Shown here piece by piece: positions 27,207 through 39,500 of a DNA stretch of 64,000 bases. The stretch is from the human T2T-CHM13v2.0 reference genome, Homo sapiens: NCBI RefSeq assembly GCF_009914755.1, contig NC_060937.1, one strand, 5' to 3'. Under the pieces are notes generated by a model. The model saw only the letters and a program-made list of their open reading frames with translations. It ran no database searches and was not told where the DNA came from. How positions within the stretch are numbered: position 1 is the stretch's first letter; every line of letters starts with the position of its first letter. A program made the translations under genes and the position numbers.

Positions 27207-27400
27207 ATTCATTAGTTCTGTTAAGGTGAGAGGTCAAGCCTGGAAGGGGGACTCTTGTTAGTGCAATAGAGAGTCAGAAAATAGGAGGGATAAAGGCAAA
27301 TACATTCATTAGTTCTGTTAAGGTGAGAGGTCAAGCCTGGAAGGGGGACTCTTGTTAGTGCAATAGAGAGTCAGAAAATAGGAGGGATAAAGGCAAATAC
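27207..27400. repeat. Perfect 97-bp tandem duplication
   Basis: 27207-27303 and 27304-27400 are identical. Confidence 0.97.
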
Positions 27401-27590
27401 TTTTATCTCCCTCTCCTCCTGCACTTTAATATTTAAATATCCTCCTAGTACATCCCATTGGACAAACCCAGCTGCAAGTCAGAGGGCAAAGGAGTCTGGG
27501 TGTTGTAAACCATAGAGGGCAGCCTTCCAGAAAGCCTGAGGAGGACAGGAAGGATACAGAACGGAAAAGGATCAACTAGGAAATAAGGAA
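27310..27590 (-). mobile_element. LTR33-like ERVL LTR fragment
   Basis: cccattggacaaacccagctgcaagtcagagggcaaaggag...ccatagagggcagcct. Confidence 0.65.
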
Positions 27591-27614
27591 AAGTTCCTTG
27601 TCTTCCCTTTCCCT

Positions 27615-28399
27615 CAGATTCCTCACTAAAAGCAACTACTTGAAACTCTTTAACTTATTCTTTAGATATTTACTTCCACATCTCTACTAAGCTCATTTAT
27701 ATTACTAATTCCTGGTTTTTTAATACTAGACATTTTCTACTGATCTCCCAATATCAACCCCTAATCTAATATCATACACACACCAAATACATTTATTTTT
27801 TTTTACCTTCTCAATATTTTTATATGGTAAGTTTGGTTATATCAGTTTTCTGTGGTTGTATTATTAAAATTACACATGCTATGCACAACTGAACAATATT
27901 TTGCACCATGACTAGTTTTCCTTTCTTGCACAAATCTTTTGTCTGTTGTTCCCCAGGTCTAATAGTATCCATGGTTTTCTTTTTTTCATTTGTTCAGTAT
28001 ACTAAATATTTCTTGTTACTTCAAACACTGGCTTTCCAATAATTATCTAAATTTGCTTTAAAGCCATGCAAATGCAGTAGGTATTGCATCAATGTCTTCT
28101 TTTTGGAATCATCCCTCCCAGAGGTTCTGACATATTCCAGTTTTGTCTGGTTACTCTGTGAGATAGATGTATATTTGCTTCCCTGGGATATCCCTTCACC
28201 TTATCCATAACGTTTGTTTGTATCCCCTGTTTGGTGTAGCTTATATTTCTCTTTTTATTATGTTGGTGTAAAAGTTATTGCAGTTTTGCCATTACTTTCA
28301 GTGGCAAAAAAAGCAATTACTTTTGTACCAACCTAGTAATTGACTTCCTTATTATGGCAGAACACAGAAGGAATGTATAAAAAGTTAAATTTCTGAGAC

Positions 28400-28430
<31 letters not shown>

Positions 28431-28670
28431 CATCTTTCTATCCTCATTCTTGACTAATATTAGCTTAGTATAGTACTCTAGGTTGGAAATGTTTTTAACC
28501 TCGGATTTTTGAAACCATGTCTCCCCTGTCTTCAAGCTCTCAGTGCTTCTATTAAAAGTAGCCAGTCATCTGGGCACCTAACCATTTTTGTGTGACCTGT
28601 TTTTCCTCTGACTTATAGCTTCTTTTGTCTTCAATATTTGGAAGTTTTACAAATATATGCCTTGGCAGTT
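27615..28670 (-). mobile_element. HAL1/old L1 fragment
   Basis: gcaactacttgaaactctttaac...tatttacttccacat resembles the recalled HAL1 3' end; contains (TA)(TG)n at 28401-28430. Confidence 0.55.
28258..28336. mobile_element. MADE1 (Hsmar1-derived MITE)
   Basis: Palindromic ttatgttggtgtaaaagttattgc...gcaattacttttgtaccaacctag flanked by TA. Confidence 0.93.
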
Positions 28671-28791
28671 GTAAAAATTTAGCCATTTGTATTTTTCTAT
28701 ATCATCTCACCCAAAGTAAAGTGCTGGTTAAGTTATGCTAGAGGTTCTTGAGAAAGTACTTCAGTGACTGTCACTTGTTATCTTTCTATAG

Positions 28792-28864
28792 CTACACCTG
28801 AGAGAAGGTTCACATGTATCATATTTGCATTAATTAGCTTCACATACTAAGAGATACTTTACAG
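28792..28864 (+). ncRNA. Candidate non-coding exon (73 bp)
   Basis: Acceptor ttgttatctttctatag and donor CAG|gtaaga; stop codons in all three frames. Confidence 0.35.
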
Positions 28865-30789
28865 GTAAGACTGGCTAAAAATATACGCAATTATTCACTA
28901 TATACTGTTAGTGCAATGTTTCTCTCAGCCCCCCAAATCATTGTCACTACACTGTATTTTTAAAAAACAGCTTCACTAAAAACATTTCTTAATGTTAAGA
29001 AGTGGGAAGTCTGTTAGTCATTGGGACTGATTTGCCAAAATCCACGCAATTGTAATATGGTAGAGTTGAGATTCCACACATAAATTTAAATTGTGTGATC
29101 CTTAACCATTTGGAGCATGGAGGTGACAGTAGCTACCAATGACTTCTCAGGACTTGTAAATTATTTGAATCTTTGGTGTCATAAATTTCTCATGTGTTTT
29201 AGTGATTTTTATTATATTTCTCAGCTTTTAACACCAGTTAATGTGCCTTTCACATATAATTATAATTGAAGCAAAATGATACATTTGGGTAAATGAATGT
29301 ATTTACCAGCACATTCTTTAGATATCATTATATGACCTTCAAAGTGAATTCATTTATATGTTTTTCTCCTGAATGAGCTGTATTTTTGCTATAAGACTAC
29401 CTCTCAAAGAAGCACCATAACTACCTGCATTGGGTTTCAGCTCCGTAATTAACGATGTCTGTTTTTTGGTAACAAAGGAGAATAAGAAATTTTTATGCAA
29501 TAGGTATCTAATGGCAGATAGCAGATGATTATTTAACCCAAGCCTAAAAATTATCATTGTATTGTCTGGAGGTTTTTGAAGAGTGTCTGAATGGTTGAGA
29601 ATTCCTACTGAATATTGCTGTCTTCTTATGATTCACGATGGACATAGGATTTGCTTTAAAGATGTCTTCTTCCCCTGAGATGGAAGTAGAGTGATCAGAA
29701 AGGGAATGCATAAAAAGAAAATAAATCTGTTCTAAATTCACAACAAACTCATTATATTCAGATTATTCAGAGTGTTTATGAATGTGTGTGTGTTTGTGTG
29801 TGTGCATACATATGTATCTTTGTGAGAAAATAGAGATGAGTCATTGACAGGCTTCTGACTGGGGAGTTTAAAATGGAATGGTCGGATGCTTGTGTTAAAA
29901 ACTATTGAATGTGCCTAGCTGCCTGAGCTGAAAATTCAAATCTGTTGCAAATATCCTTTTGGTCAAGCTTAGCATTCTCGAAAATAAACTCGACATATAT
30001 TTACACCTTACTATTAAGAATAAACTATAATTGTTTTTTGAAAAAAAATAAATCTTGTACTTAAATGAAAAAGAATACAGGAGGAGCAATATGTGAGGAC
30101 CATATATTTTTCTGAATTCAACACATACTAGATAATAACATAAAAATAAACATTTAAAAATGATTTTGGGATAGGGAAACTCTTGTAATGACTACCTAAG
30201 ACTTGGTAGCCATTTTTAAAAGCAACAAAGGAGATTATCAAGTGGCTAATCTGATGTCAGACATTTCGAAGTCACTGTTAATCTTGAAGGAAGAAGAGAT
30301 AGACTTAAAGGAACAGAGAACACTAACTTCATGTTTAGGTCTAGAAATATAATATTAAATATTATTCTTATTGACTCAGCATCTTGGTAAAGATCTCAAA
30401 AGTCAGCAACACCACAACTGGTTCAAGTAATCCCATATTCTAAAGCAAGGTGCCAGACCAGGTATACAGGATATCTGTGAGACTGAGAAACAGGTTGCAC
30501 TAGCATTAGCCCATCATCTGCTCTCCTGGAGACCTTTGCTTCATGAGCTGAGTGTTCTGTCCCCCACTTCCATGGTGAGGGGAAGAAGTGGATGCCTCCT
30601 CTTCATTGAGTCAAATGAAACATCTTCAGAAAGAACAGCTTGGAGGGAGCTTAGCATTAGTCTTTAGGCTTTGAATATTATAAGAACAGGTATCTGCCTC
30701 CTACCTATTAGAATGTAAATGTGAGATGGCTTGGTTGTAGCTGGCCCTACAGGCATCAGAGAAGGGAGGATTTTTCTGTACCTCAAGGC

Positions 30790-30902
30790 ACAATGACCAA
30801 GAGGTTTGGTTTTCCCAGGGCTGAGGGAGTTTCCAGGACATGGGACTTTCAGCTATGAAACTGGGTAAGTCTCCTGGGCAAACAGGGCTACTGATAAGCC
30901 TA
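30790..30902. mobile_element. MER81 (hAT-Blackjack)
   Basis: gggctgagggagtttccaggacatgggactttcag...aaactggg...ctgggcaaacaggg. Confidence 0.8.
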
Positions 30903-31324
30903 GTCTAAGACTTTAAGGTGCCAGAATATATGGATATTTCCTGTGGCCAGACATGGCTCTTATCCAAGAACCAAAATTAAGTAGTCTTGAGAAAGCTTCA
31001 TTCAAGAGGCCTACCTGGAAATGTGAAATGACCAAGAAGATGCAAATATTTAAGAAAAACAAGGCGGCGGTGGGGGGTGGGGGTGCGGGGGGGCGCGGTA
31101 AACCAGAGCTATACAAGGCCAGTCAGATGCAGAATTTCCCAGGTTGAAAATAACATAATTGAGAGATACCCAGGAATCGTCTCCTGAGAACCCACCAAAG
31201 CTCCCACAGGAGAAAGGGTGGGAGTTGTGTCACCTGACGGACAGAATGCAACATGCTAGATTATACATGCACCAGACAAGTAACAGCTTTTCTTTCCCTT
31301 ATCACTTCTCCTTTCTTCCACTAG

Positions 31325-31444
31325 AACCCTGGAGAGGCCCCAAGCAGCAGGTGGTGACATGCAGTGACAGAGTTGGTGCAAGAATAATGAAGAAGCCAAC
31401 TATAGCTCCCTTTCACCTACAGTTTGTAGTCACAAACCAGGAAG
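31325..31444 (+). ncRNA. Candidate exon (120 bp)
   Basis: Long pyrimidine tract tttctttcccttatcacttctcctttcttccactag and donor AAG|gtgggg. Confidence 0.3.
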
Positions 31445-32383
31445 GTGGGGAAGTTTTACACTTACGTGATCATTAAACTACAATGGGCACCGTATTACCT
31501 AAAAGTAACTGAGAATCACCAGGAAAATCTATGGGTCCTGTGATTTTTACCAAGACACAGGCAAGAACAACTTGAGAGAATGGACTTGAAGGGGCAGTAT
31601 GAGAAAGAATAAAGTCACATTTAATAAATAGAGTGTCAAGTCACATGAAATAAATAGGGTGTATATAACCTCATCAAGGCCTTGAGGTACATAAAGTGAA
31701 AAATCATAAACAAATCTCGACTTGAAGAGTGTGAAGGGAAAGTACACTCATCTGTGGGGCAGGAGGTTTTCAAAATAAAGAAAACACTTATGGAAGGGTT
31801 TGGGGATGTAGGAGAGTTTTAGGGTGACAAAACTGAAGTTTGAGATGACACCGGGGAAGGGTTTTAATAAGGTAGGAAAGAATAAGAGTCCACATACAGA
31901 TGGATCCTCTGGAAGTCTTGGAAATACTGTGCTGCCTAAGGTAAATATCCATGTGAACTCTGATGAGACCAATGCAGTTAGAATCTCAGAGAATGGTGGG
32001 CCATTCAGGACAGTCTTCTCTATTTAGCTGGAAGTTATAGGACCACTGGGCTGTTCCATCCTGCACCTCTACCCTGTATGATGGAGGCCTGGGGATGCAA
32101 GGAGAGAGTGCTGGGATCTCACAGGAAAATCAGAGGTCCAGGGACTGTATCTAGGGATCAGCTTCTCAAGTGGCCTCATCAGATGTCCATATTCAGATGT
32201 ATTTCTTAGTTTGGTTATGTGGACACTGATGCCTAAGGAGAATCTGTCCTATTATACCTACTTAATTATACTTTGAATTAAGGAAAGCTAAGGAAATTCT
32301 GAGGCAGAAGAACCAGCACTTGAAGGAGTGAAGCTGCTTGAGTTCTCACCTGTAACTACGTTAACTGTTGTGCTTTTTATCAG

Positions 32384-32466
32384 ATGAGCATGTCATTGGT
32401 TCCAAATAAGTTCACTGCATACAATTGTTCAGAGTGTGCCCTGCAGGATGGTGCCTGATGGAGAGG
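32384..32466 (+). ncRNA. Candidate exon (83 bp)
   Basis: Branch-like ttaac, acceptor tgctttttatcag, donor AGG|gtaagt. Confidence 0.35.
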
Positions 32467-32890
32467 GTAAGTGGAGTCTGAAATGTAGCCTGTGATGTGT
32501 TTGTCAAGCTACATGCCCATTACGTTGCAGTTGCCAGAAGCAGTGGTTTTTTTTCTCATTCATACAAAAGTCCTTTATGGGGTACTGAACAGGACTGGAA
32601 GCAGAAATTTAAGTAGGCTTACAAACAAGGGCAAGAACCCAAGCCTTAACACTGAGGCCAAGTGGAAGATTTTCTCTCCATCAATTCATACCCCTGTTGA
32701 ATTATATTCATTGGAAGTAATACATGCTTTGGAATTTTAGTTTAAATTTGGATTACTGTTTCTTAAAATGTCTTCAAAAACATTACAAAAAGATACAGTA
32801 TTAACAAAAAAGTGATTAGTATGCAAAAGGTTGCCTGTGATAGATAACTTAATTAAAGGTAGTAGACAACAGGAAGTCTTTGAGATTAGT

Positions 32891-32989
32891 TATAGAAAAT
32901 GTCACAGCCAGGAGAGGTGGGCGTGATTGATTTCTATCAATATAGAAAATGTCACCTCAGGAGAGGTGGGCGTGATTGAGTACTATCAG
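32891..32989. repeat. Imperfect 50-bp tandem duplication
   Basis: tatagaaaatgtcac...caggagaggtgggcgtgattga..ctatca x2. Confidence 0.92.
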
Positions 32990-33667
32990 TTAATGTGGCA
33001 CAGCTATCTATCTCAAGTTTCCAGGTGACTTTCAGTAGAAAGTGTTTATAATCCATCTGATAAAAGTAGTTAGGAAAGAAATTTAGGAAGAAATAAAATC
33101 TAAGTAGTACTTAAAAAGAAATATTCTTTCATATACCTCAGTATTTTACAGGGTACCTCAAAGGGGCTAAAGTGTCTGAGAGGATGAACTAGCGTTAAAA
33201 AGATCAATTACTCTGCTGCTGTGCAGCACCTGAAGACTGTGGATCTGGAATGAGAAGAAAGCTGTAATTAATTCTTCAGTTCAACTAAACTTTTTTTTTT
33301 CTAATCTAACTTCTTGATGTACTGTACCTTTCTCATTCATGTTTTATTTAACATTTTAGACCAGTTACAAATAAAATAAGTTCTAGTTTTCTTCAGGTTT
33401 TACCATCATAGATATTACATAGTGTGTTATACATCCCTTAAATATATTTTAAGATCACCAGCACTACAAAATGGGTTTAGACTCATAGCTGCTTTAGGAA
33501 GATATGAGGGAAGGATGTGTATGATTCCCCATTTTCCAGAAGAGAAATATATATAACAGCTCAAAATATAATACAATTGTCAAACTACATGAAAGCAGCT
33601 ATTAGTTTTAAAAAGTAATAAAAGTGCAAAAAATTTAAAAAGACAGAATGTAAGAAAAGTAACTTTA

Positions 33668-34010
<343 letters not shown>

Positions 34011-34922
34011 TTAGTGCAGGAAGACACTAGATGAGAAGAAATAACCATTTACCCACCTTTTGTAGTGAATGAAGTTCAATATTAATGACATTGGGGTTTG
34101 CGTCATTTCCCTCCTCCTTAAATATTTTTTTCGAATTATAACTATGATTTGATCCCTGTGTGTTAGTTGTTTATAAAGTTTCTAAACATCTCTTTTAGGT
34201 ATGAATGTCAGATTTTCTGTTAATTTTGACAATTTGGTAATTTATATATTTTTGAAAAATCATCCCACCGAAACTTTAAAATACATCAATAAATATTTTT
34301 ATCATTGATTTCACTTTTTATTTTATATCCTTATTTCTTCCCCAATCTCCTGGTGTCTAAAAATAGACCATCTGTATGCACATATTAAAATAAGTGTAAT
34401 TTTGTTTTGTCATCTGTAATGTAACATTCAACCACAAACAACATTTGTTCATCTGCAATGCACCATTCAAAATTTCCCTCAAATCCATATTCCATGAAAA
34501 AAAAAGCATAAAGAATTCCATGGGAGTCTGCCTTGATAATGGAAGGCAGGCTCTCTGCTCATAACCCCAACACACATTAAATGGACTGAGAAAAATTTAT
34601 TCCTTCTGCTCCCAGAATTCTAAAACTATCAGAATCACAGAACTAAAAGAATAATTTGACACATTCTTATATTCACCAACTTATTTCCCAGTTTATGCCA
34701 ACTTACAAATGAGAGTTTATTATTTTTTTTTCAATTCTTCATATGGGGCTGTACTCGGATATGACCCTCAATTACTCATGTTACAAGAAAGACATTTATG
34801 CTTAAACAAAAACTCTTTCATTGTGCTTTGAATCTGGTTTATATACTGTAACATGGATGGGAATATTTGTAGAAATGTCTACATTGCTTTAAAACATGCG
34901 TAAAACTTCTTTCAAGTTTCAG

Positions 34923-35060
34923 GAAGCACTCTCGCTGGTTTAGTTCCAGGAAGCATTCTTGCTGGTTCCCATCTTTGGTGGGAATCTTGAAGATAATTAA
35001 TTGGTGCAAAAGAAAGTAAAGTGACTTTGTGAGAGAATCTATGAAGACAATTCAAAAAAG
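34923..35060 (+). ncRNA. Candidate non-coding exon (138 bp)
   Basis: Acceptor cttctttcaagtttcag and donor AAG|gtgagc; stop codons in all three frames. Confidence 0.3.
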
Positions 35061-35786
35061 GTGAGCACAAAAAAAGACAAAAACAGAGCGGAGCAGTTAC
35101 TGTAAATTAAATGTGTGATGTGTGTTTCTTAGATTTCCCTATTGTCTTTTATGCACATACTAAAAATATAAAATACATGAAAACTTTAGGTATATATGCC
35201 TAAGAAAAAACATTGCAAGTTTGCCCCTTTTCAGATTCTCTTCTTTATTGAAATGTGAAAGGAGTTTTCTGAAGAAAGTCCTAAAATATTGCAAAAGAAT
35301 ATTCTTTTGGCATAGAATGTGTCATCTCTGGACAATTCTAATCCCAACTTGATAATCATGAGTAACTCGTGAAAATATAAAAGATGTGGTTTGTATCTGT
35401 GCCCCACAGCCCAATGTGTGAGCAGACTCCCTTAAGAAAAAATCTTCAAAGGCGACAAAAATACATTTTCCTTTATTATGGGATGTTTGTTTTGAGGATA
35501 ATCAGAGTATATATTAATTATTAGAGATAATGCTTATAACATTTGTAGGATAGTAACAATGCCTTATGTATTTTAAGGGTTTCTAGATACTAGTTCCTTA
35601 TGCCTGTTTCTCCTTCTGCCACATCTATCCATATGTCATAATCTCATATGAAATCATTTTTTTATTCTCACACTTCAAAATCAAATTTATTCTGTGTGAT
35701 AATTTTATTTCCTTATCCTTACTGTATTTATAGTTGTAAAATATTAATATACTTATATTTCATTTATGAAACTTTAAAACATAATT

Positions 35787-38155
35787 GAGAGACTTCTGTA
35801 TCTGGGTAGGATGGGGCAATTTGTGGCAGAACAATGTTGCTATAAAAAACTAGAAAAGTTCATAAAAATTTGTTTTAAAAATATGTTTAGAGGAATCAGG
35901 GTGCTTCAGGAGCAACGATAACTACAGGCACTAAAATTTTTGAGTAGATAGAACCTCTCAGAGGTGAGGTGATCATCTGTGATTGCTTTTCTTCTGAAGT
36001 CACAAGCCTTGGGTAGTGAGAATCTGGGCTTATGGGAGAGGGCTACTCCCGGGGAGCAGGATGCCAGCAAAGCCCTTGGTAGCTACAAGGGGCAGTAGGA
36101 AAGTGAAGGAAGAAAGTATTGAGACTTGAGGGGCTTCAATGGTTGGTGTTCTTTTCAAGACATTTGTCTGTCCACATTTGAAGTGGCATGAAATGGAAAG
36201 CCAAGAGATTGACCTGAAAGCATGTGGTGAACATATCAGCATATTTCTTACAGAATTCCTATGTGAAAAACAAAGATTTACCAGTAAGGGGGGACAAATA
36301 ACACAGAAGGATAGGATTGAAAATCGTTTAGGGAGAGCTAAGTTGACACTCTGTAGTCAATCTCTTTCCTGGGAGTACTTGGTAAAGATAAAAATCAAGG
36401 AAGAGTTAGCTGCTGAACTCTAGGGCCAAGAGCAAGGTGTACGTGGCCAGAGCCTTACTCAAACCACAGCCCAGTGTAGACGCAGCTCAGCCCTGATGAG
36501 ATGAAGGTAATTAGCCTCCCTTTACCCCTGTATATCTGCCAAGTTGTGGAATGGATGAATCATCTCTTCGGTGGAAGCTAAAATTATAAAGTCTCTCTAC
36601 AATTCTTACTCACTATGTCAAGCAGTCAATAAACAATTACCAAGCATTCCAGGAAACAGGACCATCATATAACAGAAACCAGAAAAAAAAAAAAAGACGT
36701 AAAATAGAGTTAGATCCAGAGTTGATCAAGATCTTGAAGTTAGTAGATAAGGTATTTAAAATTGGTATTTTATGATTGATTAACATGATTAAAATTTTAA
36801 TACAATTATGGGGGTGATAGGACAAATTGATGAAAAAAATAGAGGCTTTCACCAGAGAAGTAAACTTGTAAGAAGAATCAATAGGAAGTTTTAGAAATAT
36901 ATAGCACATTTCAAGTTAAGTCATACATGAGTTCAATAGATGATTAGAAATTAGGTATGAAAGAAGACAAAATTAGTAACTGAAAAACAGTTTATAGAAA
37001 ATGTCAAAATTGAAGTACAATGTGAGTAAAGGATGAAAATGATGAAAAATGCAGAAAGGATGTATAGAATCCAGTTAAAAATTCTAACGCACATGCAATG
37101 GGAGTACCATATGGAGAGGAGCAAGAAAAGGGGACAAAAGCAATCAGTGGAATAATAATGGCTAGAAATTTTCTTAAATGGTTGAAATAAATCAACCATT
37201 TATTTGAGGAAGCTCTAGAAATGCCAAATCAAATAAATATAAAGATAGCCCACCTAGGTAAGTCACAGTTAAATTATTTAAGAAAATGAGAAGGAGAAAA
37301 AAAAACTTTTAAAATTCTTGGAAAAATATACATCACTTTTAAAAAAAAGCAACAGTGAGACTGAAATGATTTCAAACACCAATGATCAAAGACAGAAAGC
37401 AAATAATACTATGAAAGTGCTGAAAGAGAGTAACTGCCAATCTATAATTCATTATCTACCAAAAGTGTGCTCCATACATGAAAGCAAAAATATTTATCTT
37501 AATCAAACATAAACTTATTGCCAGCATATAATTATGAAAACAATCCTGTAAGGACTTTTTTCAGACTGAAGAAAAATGATTTCAGTCACAAACAGTATTG
37601 CAGAAAGGAATGAAGAGTACTGGAAAAGACAAATATGTTGGCAAATATAGATAAATATAAAATGATAATGTCATAAAAGTTAAAATATTTTGGAATTAAT
37701 ATGCATGACAAAAATAAGTCTGGAAGGGATAAATGAAGTTATTCTTATGTCCTAACATTAGTGGGGAAGTTGTAAAAGTAATTATTTTAGTTAGACTGTA
37801 TAAGTCAAGAATACATGTTTTAATCTCATCAGTAACTTCTGAAAGTACAGTTAAAGAGTGTTTGTGTGTATGTGTGTGTGTGTGTGGTGTGTGTATTCAG
37901 CAAGGTCATATGATAGCATTATGTAAAAGGTCTATATAGCAGAGGTTAAATAGAAAGATTTTATTAATACAAAAGCTACAAAAGGAAAGGAAAGTGCCAT
38001 AAAACATGCAGGTTAATTGCAAACAAATTATAGAATGGTAGTTTTTAACCAAAATACATTTTTAATTATAATAAATGTAAATGAACTATCTCAATTAAAG
38101 GAGTAAGACTGTCTGATTACATATAGAGAAAAAAAATAAAAGGCTGCTTACAAAA
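35787..38155 (+). mobile_element. Ancient L1M 5' half (5'UTR, degenerate ORF1, start of ORF2 endonuclease)
   Basis: A-rich ORF1-like remnants at ~36600-37620; aattataataaatgtaaatgaacta...gctgcttacaa resembles the IITLNVNGL...CCLQE region. Confidence 0.8.
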
Positions 38156-38159
38156 TGGA

Positions 38160-38530
38160 TCCAGAGTCAATTTTATGTCTTATTCTTTCTGTGGCTCTCT
38201 CACTTCCATGAGCCTACCCTGATTTCATCTCTGCTGAAGACATTCTCAGTTCTCCACTACCTCAATTCAGTAATGCTGCTGTTCTCTGCTACTGGAAACA
38301 GAAAATATGGGGAATGCTCTAATATTTTTCATAACCAGGAACTTGCAATTCTTACCTCTCACAGCTGCTGCCTTTTGGGAGTAATCTTTCCTGCAGTTTA
38401 TTCCAGCTTTAGTCACTTATCAGCCAGTGTCTTCAAATAGTTTTACAGTAAATATTTTGCTTAGATTTTATAACTGTTGTCTATGGGAAGGGTTTCCTGG
38501 CTGAGACATGACAATATCATTACTGAATAT
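38160..38530 (-). mobile_element. L1ME-type 5' end fragment in opposite orientation
   Basis: agattttataactgttgtctatgggaagggtt resembles recalled L1ME 5'-terminal sequence in reverse. Confidence 0.45.
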
Positions 38531-39423
38531 AGTTTTTAAATAATAGTTTTTAAAAAAACAACTTTTTTATAGTGGGAACTGCTACTGTGAAGAAAAAGAA
38601 ACATAATAAAAATAAATAAAAACAACTTTTTTAGGCAAAAGCCAATTTATATTCTGATTTTATAATTCTCTGTAAATCTTAGTGAACATTTCTTTATATT
38701 CAACTCCATTATTGTTTCTTCTGTAAATATTCAACTAATGTTCTTTGTTACTTTTTAGATATTTCACTTATTTATTTCTAAACCATATAAAATATTTAGG
38801 ATTTACCATACTTATTTTGAATTTTATTCTTTATCATGTTTATTTCATATTTATTTTGATAAAATAAAGATGTATTTTTAGTTAACTTTCATTAAGATAT
38901 TTTTGCCATATTTCCTCCACACAATTTCTGAATTTTATATATATAAGCTATTAATCGATTCAGCCCTGGCATAATTTCACTTTATATGCATTATTTTGTA
39001 AGGAATTGTTTTATACTTTAACATTTAAATAATCATATTAGTAATAGTAAGTTAGACTTAACACCATGTTTTCCTGGTTTGCTTTATCACTTCCATTTGT
39101 TAAAGTAACATTTCCTATTCGTATTGAATTTTTTTGAGAATTTTTGGTTGGCTAGAGTACTTCTTTAAGTAACACATTTTCAACAAAGTACATATGCAGA
39201 AAGGCTGCTGGATATCTGATAATTTTCCATTCAACTTCAACATGAATTAGATTATTACCTAGCTATGAATTTTTATGTTGACTATATTTTTCCCTCAGAA
39301 ATCCTAGGAGTGTATTCATTTCTTTAAGTTTACAAAGAAAAACTTGGTTTTTGCTTATGTGTTTGGATATGAATGTTTTTCTTGCTGAATACTTTCAAGA
39401 AATTTTTAAAAAACATTTTCTTG

Positions 39424-39500
39424 ACCCCATGAGTATATACACCTGCTATGTACCCATAAAAATTTAAAATAAAATGTAAATAAATAAATAAAATTTACAT
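39424..39500 (+). mobile_element. L1MA2/3-like extreme 3' tail
   Basis: accccatgagtatatacacctgctatgtacccataaaaatt; TSD aaaaa(c/t)attttctt. Confidence 0.8.

Noticed and set aside
29401-29674. Possible minus-strand exon with a good acceptor
   Set aside because: Only weak donors (gtagtt, gtagtc) and no meaningful ORF
31674-31685. 12-bp palindrome tcaaggccttga
   Set aside because: Many palindromes of this length are expected by chance in 64 kb
31960-31967. CTGATGAG hammerhead-like core (also CTGACGAG at 48836-48843)
   Set aside because: No stem II closed by GAAA and no matching stems I/III visible
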